64,000 bases of DNA from Spirochaetota bacterium (lineage in GTDB: Bacteria > Spirochaetota > UBA4802 > UBA5550), in the NCBI GenBank assembly GCA_025457915.1, contig JALOTL010000005.1, positions 132,852 through 196,851 on the forward strand, given 5' to 3'. Shown here one piece after another: positions 1 to 8,647 of this stretch; positions within the stretch are counted from its first letter, which is position 1, and each line of letters begins with the position of its first letter. The notes beneath the pieces were generated by a model. It saw nothing but the letters and a program-made list of their open reading frames with translations, was not told the origin of the DNA and did not search any database. The translations under genes were made by a program, and so were the position numbers.

Positions 1-351
1 GTAGGAGTGCAGTTTTTTTATATATTCAATAAGTTCTTTGAGCTTGCTGTTTTTTCTTTCTATCTTGGCCCTTGAATCGGTTATGACCATTTTGAGAAGT
101 TCGGAAAGTCTGGCGACCCTGGACTGAAGCGCCAGCGCGGCGTCATAGTACTCCCGGTTTACTTTCTGGAAATCAATTCTTGCAAGGATTACCTTGTCCC
201 TTTCGCTGTCCTTCTCTATCGATTCAAGGATTTCATTGATCTCCCGGATGGAAAAGAGGTCATTGGTGGAGGTCTGGATCCACTTTTTACCTTCCTCGTC
301 GGTGAATTCCTTCGAGCTCGGTATGCTGATTTTTTTCTGTTTTTTTATCAT
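1..351 (-). CDS. Hypothetical protein, 5' part only; the gene runs off the window start. Start is at 351 or 366.
   Basis: Reverse-strand ORF not in the supplied track because it has no stop inside the window. Translation begins MIKKQKKISIPSSKEFTDEEGKKW... and is coil/charged-rich. No family recognised. Confidence 0.35.
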   Translation of the reverse strand, partial: MIKKQKKISIPSSKEFTDEEGKKWIQTSTNDLFSIREINEILESIEKDSERDKVILARIDFQKVNREYYDAALALQSRVARLSELLKMVITDSRAKIERKNSKLKELIEYIKKLHSY

Positions 352-466
352 TTCCGCTGAAGGGGACATCCCCGGTTATAAATATCGGCAGATAGCATAT
401 TATGCCTTAATCAAGTTTGCCTGTTTCAGTGTAAATGCGATGTCCGTCGGGCATGTAACGAAAAGA

Positions 467-1270
467 TTATTTGAAAACGTTATTCTCTCCAGGAAACCTG
501 CCATCCTTTACTTCCCTGTCGTATTCGGATATCGCGTTTTTAACCGCGTCATGAAGGCTGGCGTATTTTTTAAGAAATTTCGGATTGAATTCCTCATTCA
601 TGCCCAGCATGTCGTTTATCACGAGCACCTGTCCGTCGCAGTATCTCCCCGCCCCGATGCCGATGGTTGGTATGGACAGGGCGCCGCTTATCTCGCAAGC
701 GAGCTGTTCAGGCACCATCTCAAGTACAAGGGCGAAAACCCCCGCCTCCTCGAGAATTTTAGCGTCCTCAAAAATTTTTTTTCTCTGGTCCCCGTCCCTT
801 CCCTGGACCGAGTATCCCCCGATTTTATGTATGGACTGGGGAGTCAGTCCGAGGTGACCGCAGACCGGGATCGATGCCCTTACCAGCGCCTCAACCACGC
901 CCCTGAACTCCCTTCCTCCCTCGAGCTTGACCGAATTGGCACCGCTTTCCTTCATGATTCTTCCTGAATTTGTCAGCGCTTCCTCGACGGAAACCTGATA
1001 GCTCATGAAGGGAAGGTCGGCTATTATGAATTTGGAAGGCGCGCCGCGTCTAACAATTTCAGAATGATAGATCATCTGGTCGACTGTTACCGGAAGCGTG
1101 CTTGAATATCCCGCAAAAACCATGCCGACCGAATCCCCGACGAGAATGACGTCAGTTTCCGTCCCCTCAATAATCCTTGCGAAGGCGTAGTCGTAGCAGG
1201 TGATCACGGAAATCGTTTTTTTTTCGTTTTTCGCCTTTTTGAAATCATTGATGTTTTTTATCGATGGCAT
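467..1270 (-). CDS. panB: 3-methyl-2-oxobutanoate hydroxymethyltransferase (ketopantoate hydroxymethyltransferase)
   Basis: 267 aa. N-terminal ITCYDYAFA...VGDSVGMV and overall PanB-like sequence. Overlaps folK stop by 26 bp on the same strand. Confidence 0.9.
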   Translation of the reverse strand: MPSIKNINDFKKAKNEKKTISVITCYDYAFARIIEGTETDVILVGDSVGMVFAGYSSTLPVTVDQMIYHSEIVRRGAPSKFIIADLPFMSYQVSVEEALTNSGRIMKESGANSVKLEGGREFRGVVEALVRASIPVCGHLGLTPQSIHKIGGYSVQGRDGDQRKKIFEDAKILEEAGVFALVLEMVPEQLACEISGALSIPTIGIGAGRYCDGQVLVINDMLGMNEEFNPKFLKKYASLHDAVKNAISEYDREVKDGRFPGENNVFK

Positions 1271-1730
1271 GTCCGCCTCCTTGACTGATTATCTCCGCGT
1301 ATTTTTTTTTTGTTTTCGGATCAGCTAATTCAGGCTCGATCTCAACCAGGTGGTCGAGTATGAACCGCCTGTTTTTGACGGCCGGATGCGGCAGGATGAG
1401 ATCATCCGTCTCCATGACGATATTTTCATACAGCAATATATCAAGGTCGATCAGCCTCGGTCCTTTCGGAAGGGAGGGTTTCCTGCCCATTTTTTTTTCT
1501 ATGCCTTTAAGGAATCCAAGAAGATCGGCCGGGGCCAGCATGGTGCTCAGCCGAATTATCCGGTTCAGAAAACGGGGCTGATCAATATAGTCCACCGGTT
1601 CCGTGTCGGCCGTTGAGCTGCGACTGATGATGACGCACCTCCAGTCGGACTGTATCAATCTTTCCGCCTCGGACAGGTTTTGCGCCCTGTCGCCTATATT
1701 GGATCCGAGTCCGACGAATGCGATGGCCAT
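1245..1730 (-). CDS. folK: 2-amino-4-hydroxy-6-hydroxymethyldihydropteridine pyrophosphokinase (HPPK)
   Basis: 161 aa. IAFVGLGSNIGDR start, LIDLDILLY and PHP motifs typical of FolK. Start overlaps the stop of the upstream DnaC-like gene (ATGA at 1730). Confidence 0.85.
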   Translation of the reverse strand: MAIAFVGLGSNIGDRAQNLSEAERLIQSDWRCVIISRSSTADTEPVDYIDQPRFLNRIIRLSTMLAPADLLGFLKGIEKKMGRKPSLPKGPRLIDLDILLYENIVMETDDLILPHPAVKNRRFILDHLVEIEPELADPKTKKKYAEIISQGGGHAIDKKHQ

Positions 1731-2539
1731 CAGAGCCTGTTCCTGTAATCCTCACCGCTGATTTCGATTATTTTACACATCTCCTTGATCCTTGACAGGA
1801 TCCTGCCCTGTGAAAGCTCCGCCAGTGCCTTATGCGGGTTGTTATTGGATGTAAAAATCGTGAATCTCTCGCTTTCATATCTCGCATCGACGAGATTGTA
1901 CAGCGTTTCCTGTTCCCACGCGGAGTCCCTCTGGATTCCGAAATCATCGACCACCAGAATGTCCACCTCGGATAGCTCTTTTTCTATCTTGCTCGATTCC
2001 CCGTACGTATCGGACCCTTCAACGAAGGTGGCCTTCAGCCTGTTGAAGAATGTTCTCGAGATTTTTATAAATCGTCCTTCGGCCGCGTGCCTTATAATCA
2101 GCTCGGTAAGGATGATGGAAGAGAGAAGCGTCTTGCCGGTTCCCGGGTTGCCCCATAAGAAAAGGCCTTTTTTTACATCCGGGAAGTTGTTCACTATTTC
2201 ATACGCGGCGTTTTTAGCCTCATTGGCAAGTTTGTTTTCGGCCCTGAAGTCGTTAAAGCTTTTCCATTGAAATTTTTTTTCTATGCCGGATTTTGAATAG
2301 ACGGTATTTATCCTGTCGATCCTCATCCTGATGTCGCGGCAATAGCATTCTTTTATTGAGCCGTTTTCGGAATAATAATACGGTTCCTCGCCTCCGCAAA
2401 GGCACTTATCCAGGACGCATTTCGGACATGGTGTAAGGGCGGATTCGCCCATTTCGTTGAAATACGGGTTTCTTATGATCCCCGTTTTATCGCAATGTAT
2501 GCAGAATGTTGATTTTACCGCTTCTTTATTTTTAGTCAT
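1730..2539 (-). CDS. DnaC/DnaI/IstB-like AAA+ helicase-loader ATPase with N-terminal Cys-rich zinc-ribbon
   Basis: 269 aa. Walker A GNPGTGKT, Walker B ILVVDDFG, and N-terminal CIHC...CPKC...CLC cysteine cluster as in DnaI-type loaders. Confidence 0.7.
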   Translation of the reverse strand: MTKNKEAVKSTFCIHCDKTGIIRNPYFNEMGESALTPCPKCVLDKCLCGGEEPYYYSENGSIKECYCRDIRMRIDRINTVYSKSGIEKKFQWKSFNDFRAENKLANEAKNAAYEIVNNFPDVKKGLFLWGNPGTGKTLLSSIILTELIIRHAAEGRFIKISRTFFNRLKATFVEGSDTYGESSKIEKELSEVDILVVDDFGIQRDSAWEQETLYNLVDARYESERFTIFTSNNNPHKALAELSQGRILSRIKEMCKIIEISGEDYRNRL

Positions 2540-2957
2540 TTTGTTTATGGGATCAGGTTAAGAACCATTCATGGAAGGATTTTAAATTGGGTGAAATATT
2601 TATTATTGGCTTCTCTATAAATTAGATTTTTCATTGTAAAACCGCTGAAAAAATCTAATTGATAAATTGAAAGTGCCCACAAGTGAACATCCAGATTTGA
2701 TTATTAGAGGTTCCCTTGTGTCAATCATTTAAAATATAATAACTGTTAAAATTAACCGGTATAAATTTCATCTTTTTATAATGTTTTATTTCATTTTTAT
2801 GGACATTGATATTATTATGTATATATAGATTTGTTTGAAAAATACATATTTATTATAATTAAAAAGTAAATAAAGGAGGAAAAAAAATCAATTTTCAATG
2901 GTTTAAAACCGATAATTATCATGACGAATCCAGATAATGATTTAAGGGGATGTACTT

Positions 2958-3812
2958 ATGAAATCTAGAAATTTGGTATGGATAGTATGCACTTCACTGG
3001 TTGTCCTTTTTGGATTGTCCCAGATGACGGGCGCGCAGGAAAAGACCGAGCCCAAGAAAGACGACAAGGTTATAAAAGAAGGCATGATGGAGCCGGAGGA
3101 TATTGGCTGGAGGGTTAGGGATTTCAAACCTTATATCCAGGCATTGAGGGACCTTGAAAAACTCAACAAGGAATATTCGGATAACCTTTTAAAGCTGGCA
3201 ATAGATGAATACTCGACCGGTATCGACATACTCGAGGACATGGAAAATGATGTATTGAAGGCGATGACCGCCAACAAGAGCAAGAAATTTCTCAATGAAA
3301 GGTTTTACTGGCAGGAGATCGACAGGAAAAACCAGGAGGTCAGGCAGGTATGGATGAAGAAGCAGGAGGCCAAAATGAAGTCCGTCACATACTTGACCAA
3401 GGCCATCAATTATCTCGACCAGATACAGAATATTGAGGTCAAACAGGAGCCTAAATTCATAAATTTTCAGACGAGGCTTTTCCAGGTATATGTTTCCACG
3501 CAGTACGACCTCCAGAATTTCAAGCCGTGCATTCCCATTCTGGAAAGGTATGTCACACTCAGCGACAAGAGCAAGAAAGACATGTGGGCGTACAAGTACA
3601 TGTCAAGCTGTTATGGCTACATGGAGAAGGTCCTCGCCAAGTACAGGCACGCGAACGAGGATGTGATCAACGATTTCAGGAACAAAAAGAACAGCTCCAT
3701 GCTGACAGCCGTTGAGATAAAGTACGGAATCGAATCTCCGCAGTACAAACATCTCCAGGAGATAGTGGAGCTGGATGAAAAGAGAGCGGAAAGGATCAAT
3801 GATTACAAGTAA
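2958..3812 (+). CDS. Secreted hypothetical protein (signal peptide), Lys/Glu-rich
   Basis: 284 aa. N-terminal hydrophobic signal MKSRNLVWIVCTSLVVLFGLSQMTGAQE. RBS-like AAGGGGA upstream. No recognisable domain. Confidence 0.55.
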   Translation: MKSRNLVWIVCTSLVVLFGLSQMTGAQEKTEPKKDDKVIKEGMMEPEDIGWRVRDFKPYIQALRDLEKLNKEYSDNLLKLAIDEYSTGIDILEDMENDVLKAMTANKSKKFLNERFYWQEIDRKNQEVRQVWMKKQEAKMKSVTYLTKAINYLDQIQNIEVKQEPKFINFQTRLFQVYVSTQYDLQNFKPCIPILERYVTLSDKSKKDMWAYKYMSSCYGYMEKVLAKYRHANEDVINDFRNKKNSSMLTAVEIKYGIESPQYKHLQEIVELDEKRAERINDYK

Positions 3813-3835
3813 TCCCTGAGAAGATGATATAATGA

Positions 3836-3866
3836 AAAAGCCCGGCAAAACCGGGCTTTTTTTATT
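3836..3866. terminator. Bidirectional rho-independent terminator between convergent genes
   Basis: aaaaaGCCCGGcaaaaCCGGGCttttttt: 6-bp GC stem, 5-nt loop, flanked by an A-run and a T-run. Confidence 0.6.
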
Positions 3867-3867
3867 G

Positions 3868-4704
3868 TCATGGTTTCCCCGATTTTTTTCTGGCCTTCCT
3901 GTATTCCGAGTCCATTATCATATGTGCGATCCCGGGAAGGTATCGTGTTATTCTCCACAAGAGGCCGGCTTGACCCGGCAGTATATAAAATTTTTTCCGT
4001 GCAATGCCCGCCAGGAGTTTTTTGGCTACTTTTTCCGAGGGGAGCAGGCCGCCGCCCTCGGACATTATGGAAAGCTCTTCAGGCTTCGTCTTGTTTTCAT
4101 TTTCAAAGCCCGGGGTATCGGTGTCGGGCGGATACAATACTGAAAATTCTATATTGTATGGTTTCAGCTCGTGCCTGAGGGATTCGGACAGTCCCACGAT
4201 GGCGAATTTTGTCGGTGTATAGGTCGAATATCCCATAAGACCCATGTATCCTGAAACCGACGAGCAATTTACTATGTAACCGCCTCCTTTTTTCATGAAG
4301 TACGGCAGCAGGACAAGAATGGGCGCGAGCTGGCCGTAATAGTTAATATCCATGTTTTTTTTAAAGTCTTCCATATGCAGATTTTCAATATATTGCGGGT
4401 ATGCATATCCGACGCAATTTATAAGAAAATCAGGCACCCCGTGTTTTTTTATGTATTTTTGAAGAAGCGGTTTCAGCTTGTTTATGCTGGATGTATCGCA
4501 GGATATCAAATCGACGGTCTGGGTATGTTTCAGCCTGTGATCATTGATCTCCTCCATGGCGTTTTTTAATGTTTTTTTATCCCTGGCTATGATGCACACG
4601 CTGCCGCCATTTTTTATTATTTCAATAGCGACTGCTTTTCCTATGCCCCTTGAGCCGCCGCAGACGATTGCCATTTTTCCATTGAACGTCTTTTTTAAGT
4701 TCAT
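3868..4704 (-). CDS. 3-ketodihydrosphingosine reductase-like short-chain dehydrogenase (KDSR family SDR)
   Basis: 278 aa. Rossmann motif CGGSRGIGKAV; YxxxK catalytic region. The KPYNIEFSVLYPPDTDTPGFENENKTKP block matches the KDSR signature YPPDTDTPGF almost exactly. Confidence 0.8.
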   Translation of the reverse strand: MNLKKTFNGKMAIVCGGSRGIGKAVAIEIIKNGGSVCIIARDKKTLKNAMEEINDHRLKHTQTVDLISCDTSSINKLKPLLQKYIKKHGVPDFLINCVGYAYPQYIENLHMEDFKKNMDINYYGQLAPILVLLPYFMKKGGGYIVNCSSVSGYMGLMGYSTYTPTKFAIVGLSESLRHELKPYNIEFSVLYPPDTDTPGFENENKTKPEELSIMSEGGGLLPSEKVAKKLLAGIARKKFYILPGQAGLLWRITRYLPGIAHMIMDSEYRKARKKSGKP

Positions 4705-5198
4705 ATCCAGACCTCGATTTTTATGAAAATTTATTTATAATCCGGGGTTTTATTATTATGATGCATTCCCTTGTGTAATCCAAACCCAATTTAAAGCGGA
4801 ATGTGATAATATTTTTAATCTCACAGCAGATATGCAATTTATTTTTTTTGTCAATATAATTTGACAATTTATTGATGTTTTTTAAAATACAATTTTAACG
4901 ATTCGGCATGTTGTTTAATTTTTTATGTTGCATAAATGATACATAGTATAAATTTTGTAGTCTATTTTTGTAAAAATAAAAAAACGGCAGCGAAAAAATT
5001 TTTTACCCTGATATCACAGGAGTTACGAATCATAAAAAATATTTTTGGTATGATAATTGCATAATATAACTGAAATCAGGAGCCTGGCTCTGTTTTGAAC
5101 TTTTCTTATTTTATTTTGGCTTGTTTTTTTCAAGCCGTTAATTTAATCCGTATGTTTTTTAATGGTATTATACAAATTTTAACAAAGGGTTTAAAAAA

Positions 5199-7046
5199 AT
5201 GAATTCAATTTTAATCGACAGCAAACTTGCTCACCAGAAAAATACCGTGGCTTATACCCTCAAGGCAAAAACTCTGGTTGAATCCCTGGAAAGCCGTCTT
5301 GAATCGAAACAGGATTTTCTTTATATGATGGACAGCAGGAACAGAGAACATCCTTTACCGGTGCCGGTTATAGTCGAGGAGGCCAGGGCGGTCGCCCAGT
5401 TCCTCATGGCAAGAGGACTCGTGAAGGACGACAAGGTCGTGGTCATGCTTCCGACAAGCGCTGATTTTGTTTATATTTACTTCGGGATACTCATGGCAGG
5501 CGGTATTCCAGTACCGGTAAGCCAGCCAGCGGGAACGAATAATCTTGAAAAATATATTGATAATCTAAAACATATTATCGCGAACAGCGAAGCGAAATTT
5601 TTTATTACCTACACCAAGATCAAGGCCATAATTGCCGGGATGGTTGATTCATCAAGCATAAAGGGAAACTTCCTTTTTACAAGCGACATCTTCGAAAACC
5701 CGGTACCTAAAAGCAGTTACAGGGATTACCCCGAGCTTAAAAGCACCGACACCGCCCTGATACAGTATACATCCGGTACCACCGGCATGCCGAAGGGCGT
5801 GGTATTGACCCATGAAAACCTGATCCATAACATACACGGTATAGGCGTTGCCAGCGGAATGAATGATGATTACGTGGGAATAAGCTGGCTGCCTCTTTAT
5901 CATGACATGGGATTGATAGGCGGTCTGTTCACATGCATGTACTGGGGCCTCAAGCTTGTCCTGATGATGCCCGAAGCCTTTCTGCTGAAGCCGCTGTGGT
6001 GGCTTGAGAACATCACCAAATACAGGGTCACGATAGCAGTGGCCCCGAATTTCGGCTACCATTACTGCGTATCCAGGATTTCAGACGAGGACATCTGCGA
6101 TCTTGACCTGAGTTCATGGCGGATAGCGCTTAACGGGGCGGAACCCATCGACAGGGTCACCCTGATGCGGTTCATCGATAAATTCAGATCAAGCGGCCTC
6201 AGAGACGATATTTTCATGCCGGTATACGGGATGGCTGAAAACAGCCTCGCGGCGACATTTCCCGCGATGGAAAATCCTACTGTCGTAAGAAGGTTTCTTC
6301 GCGACGCGCTCGAAGAAGAGCACGTGGCTATTGATACGGACAGCGACGACATAAGGGTGTACGTGGATCTGGCGGCAGTGGGATACCCGCTACTGGGACA
6401 GGAAGTGAGGATCGTCGATGAACACGGCAACACCAGGAAGGAGAGGGAAGTTGGACAGATACTCGTGAAGAGCCCGAGCCTGACTAAAGGATATTACAAA
6501 AACGAAAAGGCTACGCAGGATGCCATAAGGGACGGCTGGCTGTATACGGGCGACATGGGTTTTATAATCGATGAAATGCTTTTCATCTCGGGAAGAATGA
6601 AGGAATTGATAATCAAAAGGGGCAAGAATATATATCCCTATGACGTTGAAAGGATAGCGCAGACGGTGAAGGGAGTGAGGCTCGGGTGCTGTGCGGCTTT
6701 TGCCGTGCCTAACCAGAACCAGGGTACGGAAGACCTCGTGATGGTCTGTGAAAGCCTTTATGAGGACAGGGCGGACCTCGAGGAGCTTGAGAGGAACATC
6801 AGCAGGGAAATAGTCGCGAGACTAGGCATCAGTCCTGATGCGATACTCCTGGTTCCGAAGGGGACTATTCCGAAAACATCCAGCGGGAAGATACAGAGGG
6901 TCCTTTGCAGGAGGAATTACATTGAGGGCAGGCTCATACAGAGCAGGAAATGGAATACAGTGATCCTTTTAAAGACCATCATAATGAGCTACCTTCAGCT
7001 TTTCCGTTTAAAGATAGGCAGACTGATCAATGTTTACGAAAACTGA
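5199..7046 (+). CDS. Fatty acyl-AMP ligase / acyl-ACP synthetase (adenylate-forming enzyme)
   Basis: 615 aa. AMP-binding core YTSGTTGMPKGV; YGMAEN and GDMG motifs; FAAL-like length. Confidence 0.85.
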   Translation: MNSILIDSKLAHQKNTVAYTLKAKTLVESLESRLESKQDFLYMMDSRNREHPLPVPVIVEEARAVAQFLMARGLVKDDKVVVMLPTSADFVYIYFGILMAGGIPVPVSQPAGTNNLEKYIDNLKHIIANSEAKFFITYTKIKAIIAGMVDSSSIKGNFLFTSDIFENPVPKSSYRDYPELKSTDTALIQYTSGTTGMPKGVVLTHENLIHNIHGIGVASGMNDDYVGISWLPLYHDMGLIGGLFTCMYWGLKLVLMMPEAFLLKPLWWLENITKYRVTIAVAPNFGYHYCVSRISDEDICDLDLSSWRIALNGAEPIDRVTLMRFIDKFRSSGLRDDIFMPVYGMAENSLAATFPAMENPTVVRRFLRDALEEEHVAIDTDSDDIRVYVDLAAVGYPLLGQEVRIVDEHGNTRKEREVGQILVKSPSLTKGYYKNEKATQDAIRDGWLYTGDMGFIIDEMLFISGRMKELIIKRGKNIYPYDVERIAQTVKGVRLGCCAAFAVPNQNQGTEDLVMVCESLYEDRADLEELERNISREIVARLGISPDAILLVPKGTIPKTSSGKIQRVLCRRNYIEGRLIQSRKWNTVILLKTIIMSYLQLFRLKIGRLINVYEN

Positions 7047-7066
7047 GCGATACTGAGGGATTATTA

Positions 7067-7318
7067 ATGGCGGATTTCAGGGAAAAGATACAGAATGAAC
7101 TTTTTAAAATCATAGCCAGGCTTGCCGGCACTTCGCCGGACAAGCTCAAGCCTGAAACAAATCTCAGGGACGATCTGGGTTTCGACAGTCTTAAGAGCAT
7201 GGAAGCGATATCCAGGATAACGGAACTTTATGATATAGAACCCGATCTTGACGAGATCGCGGACATCAAGATTTTGAAGGATATCATCGATTATCTCGAA
7301 AAAAAACTTTCCAGCTAG
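7067..7318 (+). CDS. Acyl carrier protein (dedicated ACP)
   Basis: About 83 aa from the ATG at 7067 with a GAGGGA RBS. Phosphopantetheine attachment motif LGFDSLKSME. The 6950 track start overlaps the FAAL gene and is rejected. Confidence 0.8.
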   Translation: MADFREKIQNELFKIIARLAGTSPDKLKPETNLRDDLGFDSLKSMEAISRITELYDIEPDLDEIADIKILKDIIDYLEKKLSS

Positions 7319-7412
7319 AAATCGGCCGCAAAAACGATCCCGTCGCCTTTTTACCGGCAATCAACAGGCGTAGGCGCGGTTCGATTAAAACAATTCATCG
7401 TGGGATAGAAAA

Positions 7413-8603
7413 ATGGCTTTAATCAATGAAACCATAAAAAAACAGTCGGAACTCGTAACGCTTCTGAAAAAGGAGAACATATACACCTACAGTCTCGAGG
7501 TGGGCTCCGCCTGCGAGAACCATATAACAGTAAACGGCAAGGAATGCATCAATTTCATATCCAACAATTACCTGGGGTTCTCAACGCATCCGGCCGTGCT
7601 GGAGGCCGTATCCACCGCGCTCCAGAAATACGGTCTCGGGATCGGCGGCTCTCCACTGGCCTGCGGAACGACCGAGATCCACTACAGGCTGATGAACAGG
7701 ATAGCCTCCGTCTACGGACAGGAGTCGTGCGTACTGTACGCAAGCGGATACCAGGCAATGCTCGGCTCGGTCCAGACGGCCCTGGGCAAGGGCGACGTTG
7801 CCGTTCTCGACGCGCTCGTCCACAGGAGCATTCTTGACGGGGTGATTCTTTCCGGATGCGACACGAGGATGTGGCTCCATAACGACATCGAGGACCTGGG
7901 ATCCCTTCTTGACAGGCTCAAGAAAAAATACCGCAGGATGCTCATCATGGTCGATTCGGTTTACAGCATGGACGGCGACTGGGCCAATCTCCCCGAGCTT
8001 TACAGGCTGAAAAAGGAGCACGGAGCGCTGATTATGATCGACGAGGCGCACAGCCTCGGAGTCCTGGGCAAGACGGGACGCGGGCTCCCGGAGCATTTCG
8101 ATATGCCGAATGCCCCGGACATCATTTCCGGTACGTTTTCAAAATTCGCCGGCGCGATAGGAGGATTCGTGGCCGGACCGTATGAATTCATCGATTACAT
8201 GAAGCATACTGCGTCGCCTTATGTTTTTTCGGCATCGCTCTCTCCACTTATCTGCGCGGGGGTTCTCAAATCTTTCGACCTTCTCGATGAGGAACCTGAA
8301 TGGCGTCAGAGGCTTTGGGAGAACATCAAGTTTTTTCTTTCCGGCCTCGCCGGCCTTGGATTCGATACGGGGCCTTCGAAAACCGCGGTTGTTCCGCTGA
8401 TAATAAGGGACACGATCAAGACGATGCTCTTTAACAGGAAGATATTTGAAATGGGGGTCTATGCCTCACCGATAGTCCACCCGGCGGTGCCGCCGGCAGA
8501 ATCCAGGATAAGACTGGGGGTCATGGCCACACACACGCGGGAGGATCTTGAAAAAACCCTTGACGTTTTTGCGAAGGTGGGAAAGGATCTCGGCATCATT
8601 TAG
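7413..8603 (+). CDS. Serine palmitoyltransferase-like alpha-oxoamine synthase (PLP-dependent acyltransferase)
   Basis: 396 aa, AONS/KBL/SPT family. PLP-lysine motif SGTFSKFAGAIGGF; DEAHS motif; GS-rich glycine loop. Confidence 0.85.
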   Translation: MALINETIKKQSELVTLLKKENIYTYSLEVGSACENHITVNGKECINFISNNYLGFSTHPAVLEAVSTALQKYGLGIGGSPLACGTTEIHYRLMNRIASVYGQESCVLYASGYQAMLGSVQTALGKGDVAVLDALVHRSILDGVILSGCDTRMWLHNDIEDLGSLLDRLKKKYRRMLIMVDSVYSMDGDWANLPELYRLKKEHGALIMIDEAHSLGVLGKTGRGLPEHFDMPNAPDIISGTFSKFAGAIGGFVAGPYEFIDYMKHTASPYVFSASLSPLICAGVLKSFDLLDEEPEWRQRLWENIKFFLSGLAGLGFDTGPSKTAVVPLIIRDTIKTMLFNRKIFEMGVYASPIVHPAVPPAESRIRLGVMATHTREDLEKTLDVFAKVGKDLGII

Positions 8604-8647
8604 CCGTTTTACTTGAATTCCCCCGTCATTTCGGGGTAGATGTCGAG

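Noticed and set aside
194-967. 257-aa plus-strand ORF
   Set aside because: Lies entirely antisense to panB and to the partial gene at 1-351. It has no RBS or recognisable motifs. It is a typical antisense shadow ORF.
5078-5096. Sigma-54-like TGGC...TTG element upstream of the FAAL gene (and a TGGCAAGGCCTTTA just before 50743)
   Set aside because: GG/GC spacing and the -12 GC do not fit TGGCAC-N5-TTGC. The second is too close to the start codon to be a promoter.
6950-7318. 122-aa version of the ACP ORF starting inside the FAAL gene
   Set aside because: The upstream part overlaps the FAAL coding frame. An internal ATG at 7067 with a GAGGGA RBS gives a normal ~83-aa ACP.
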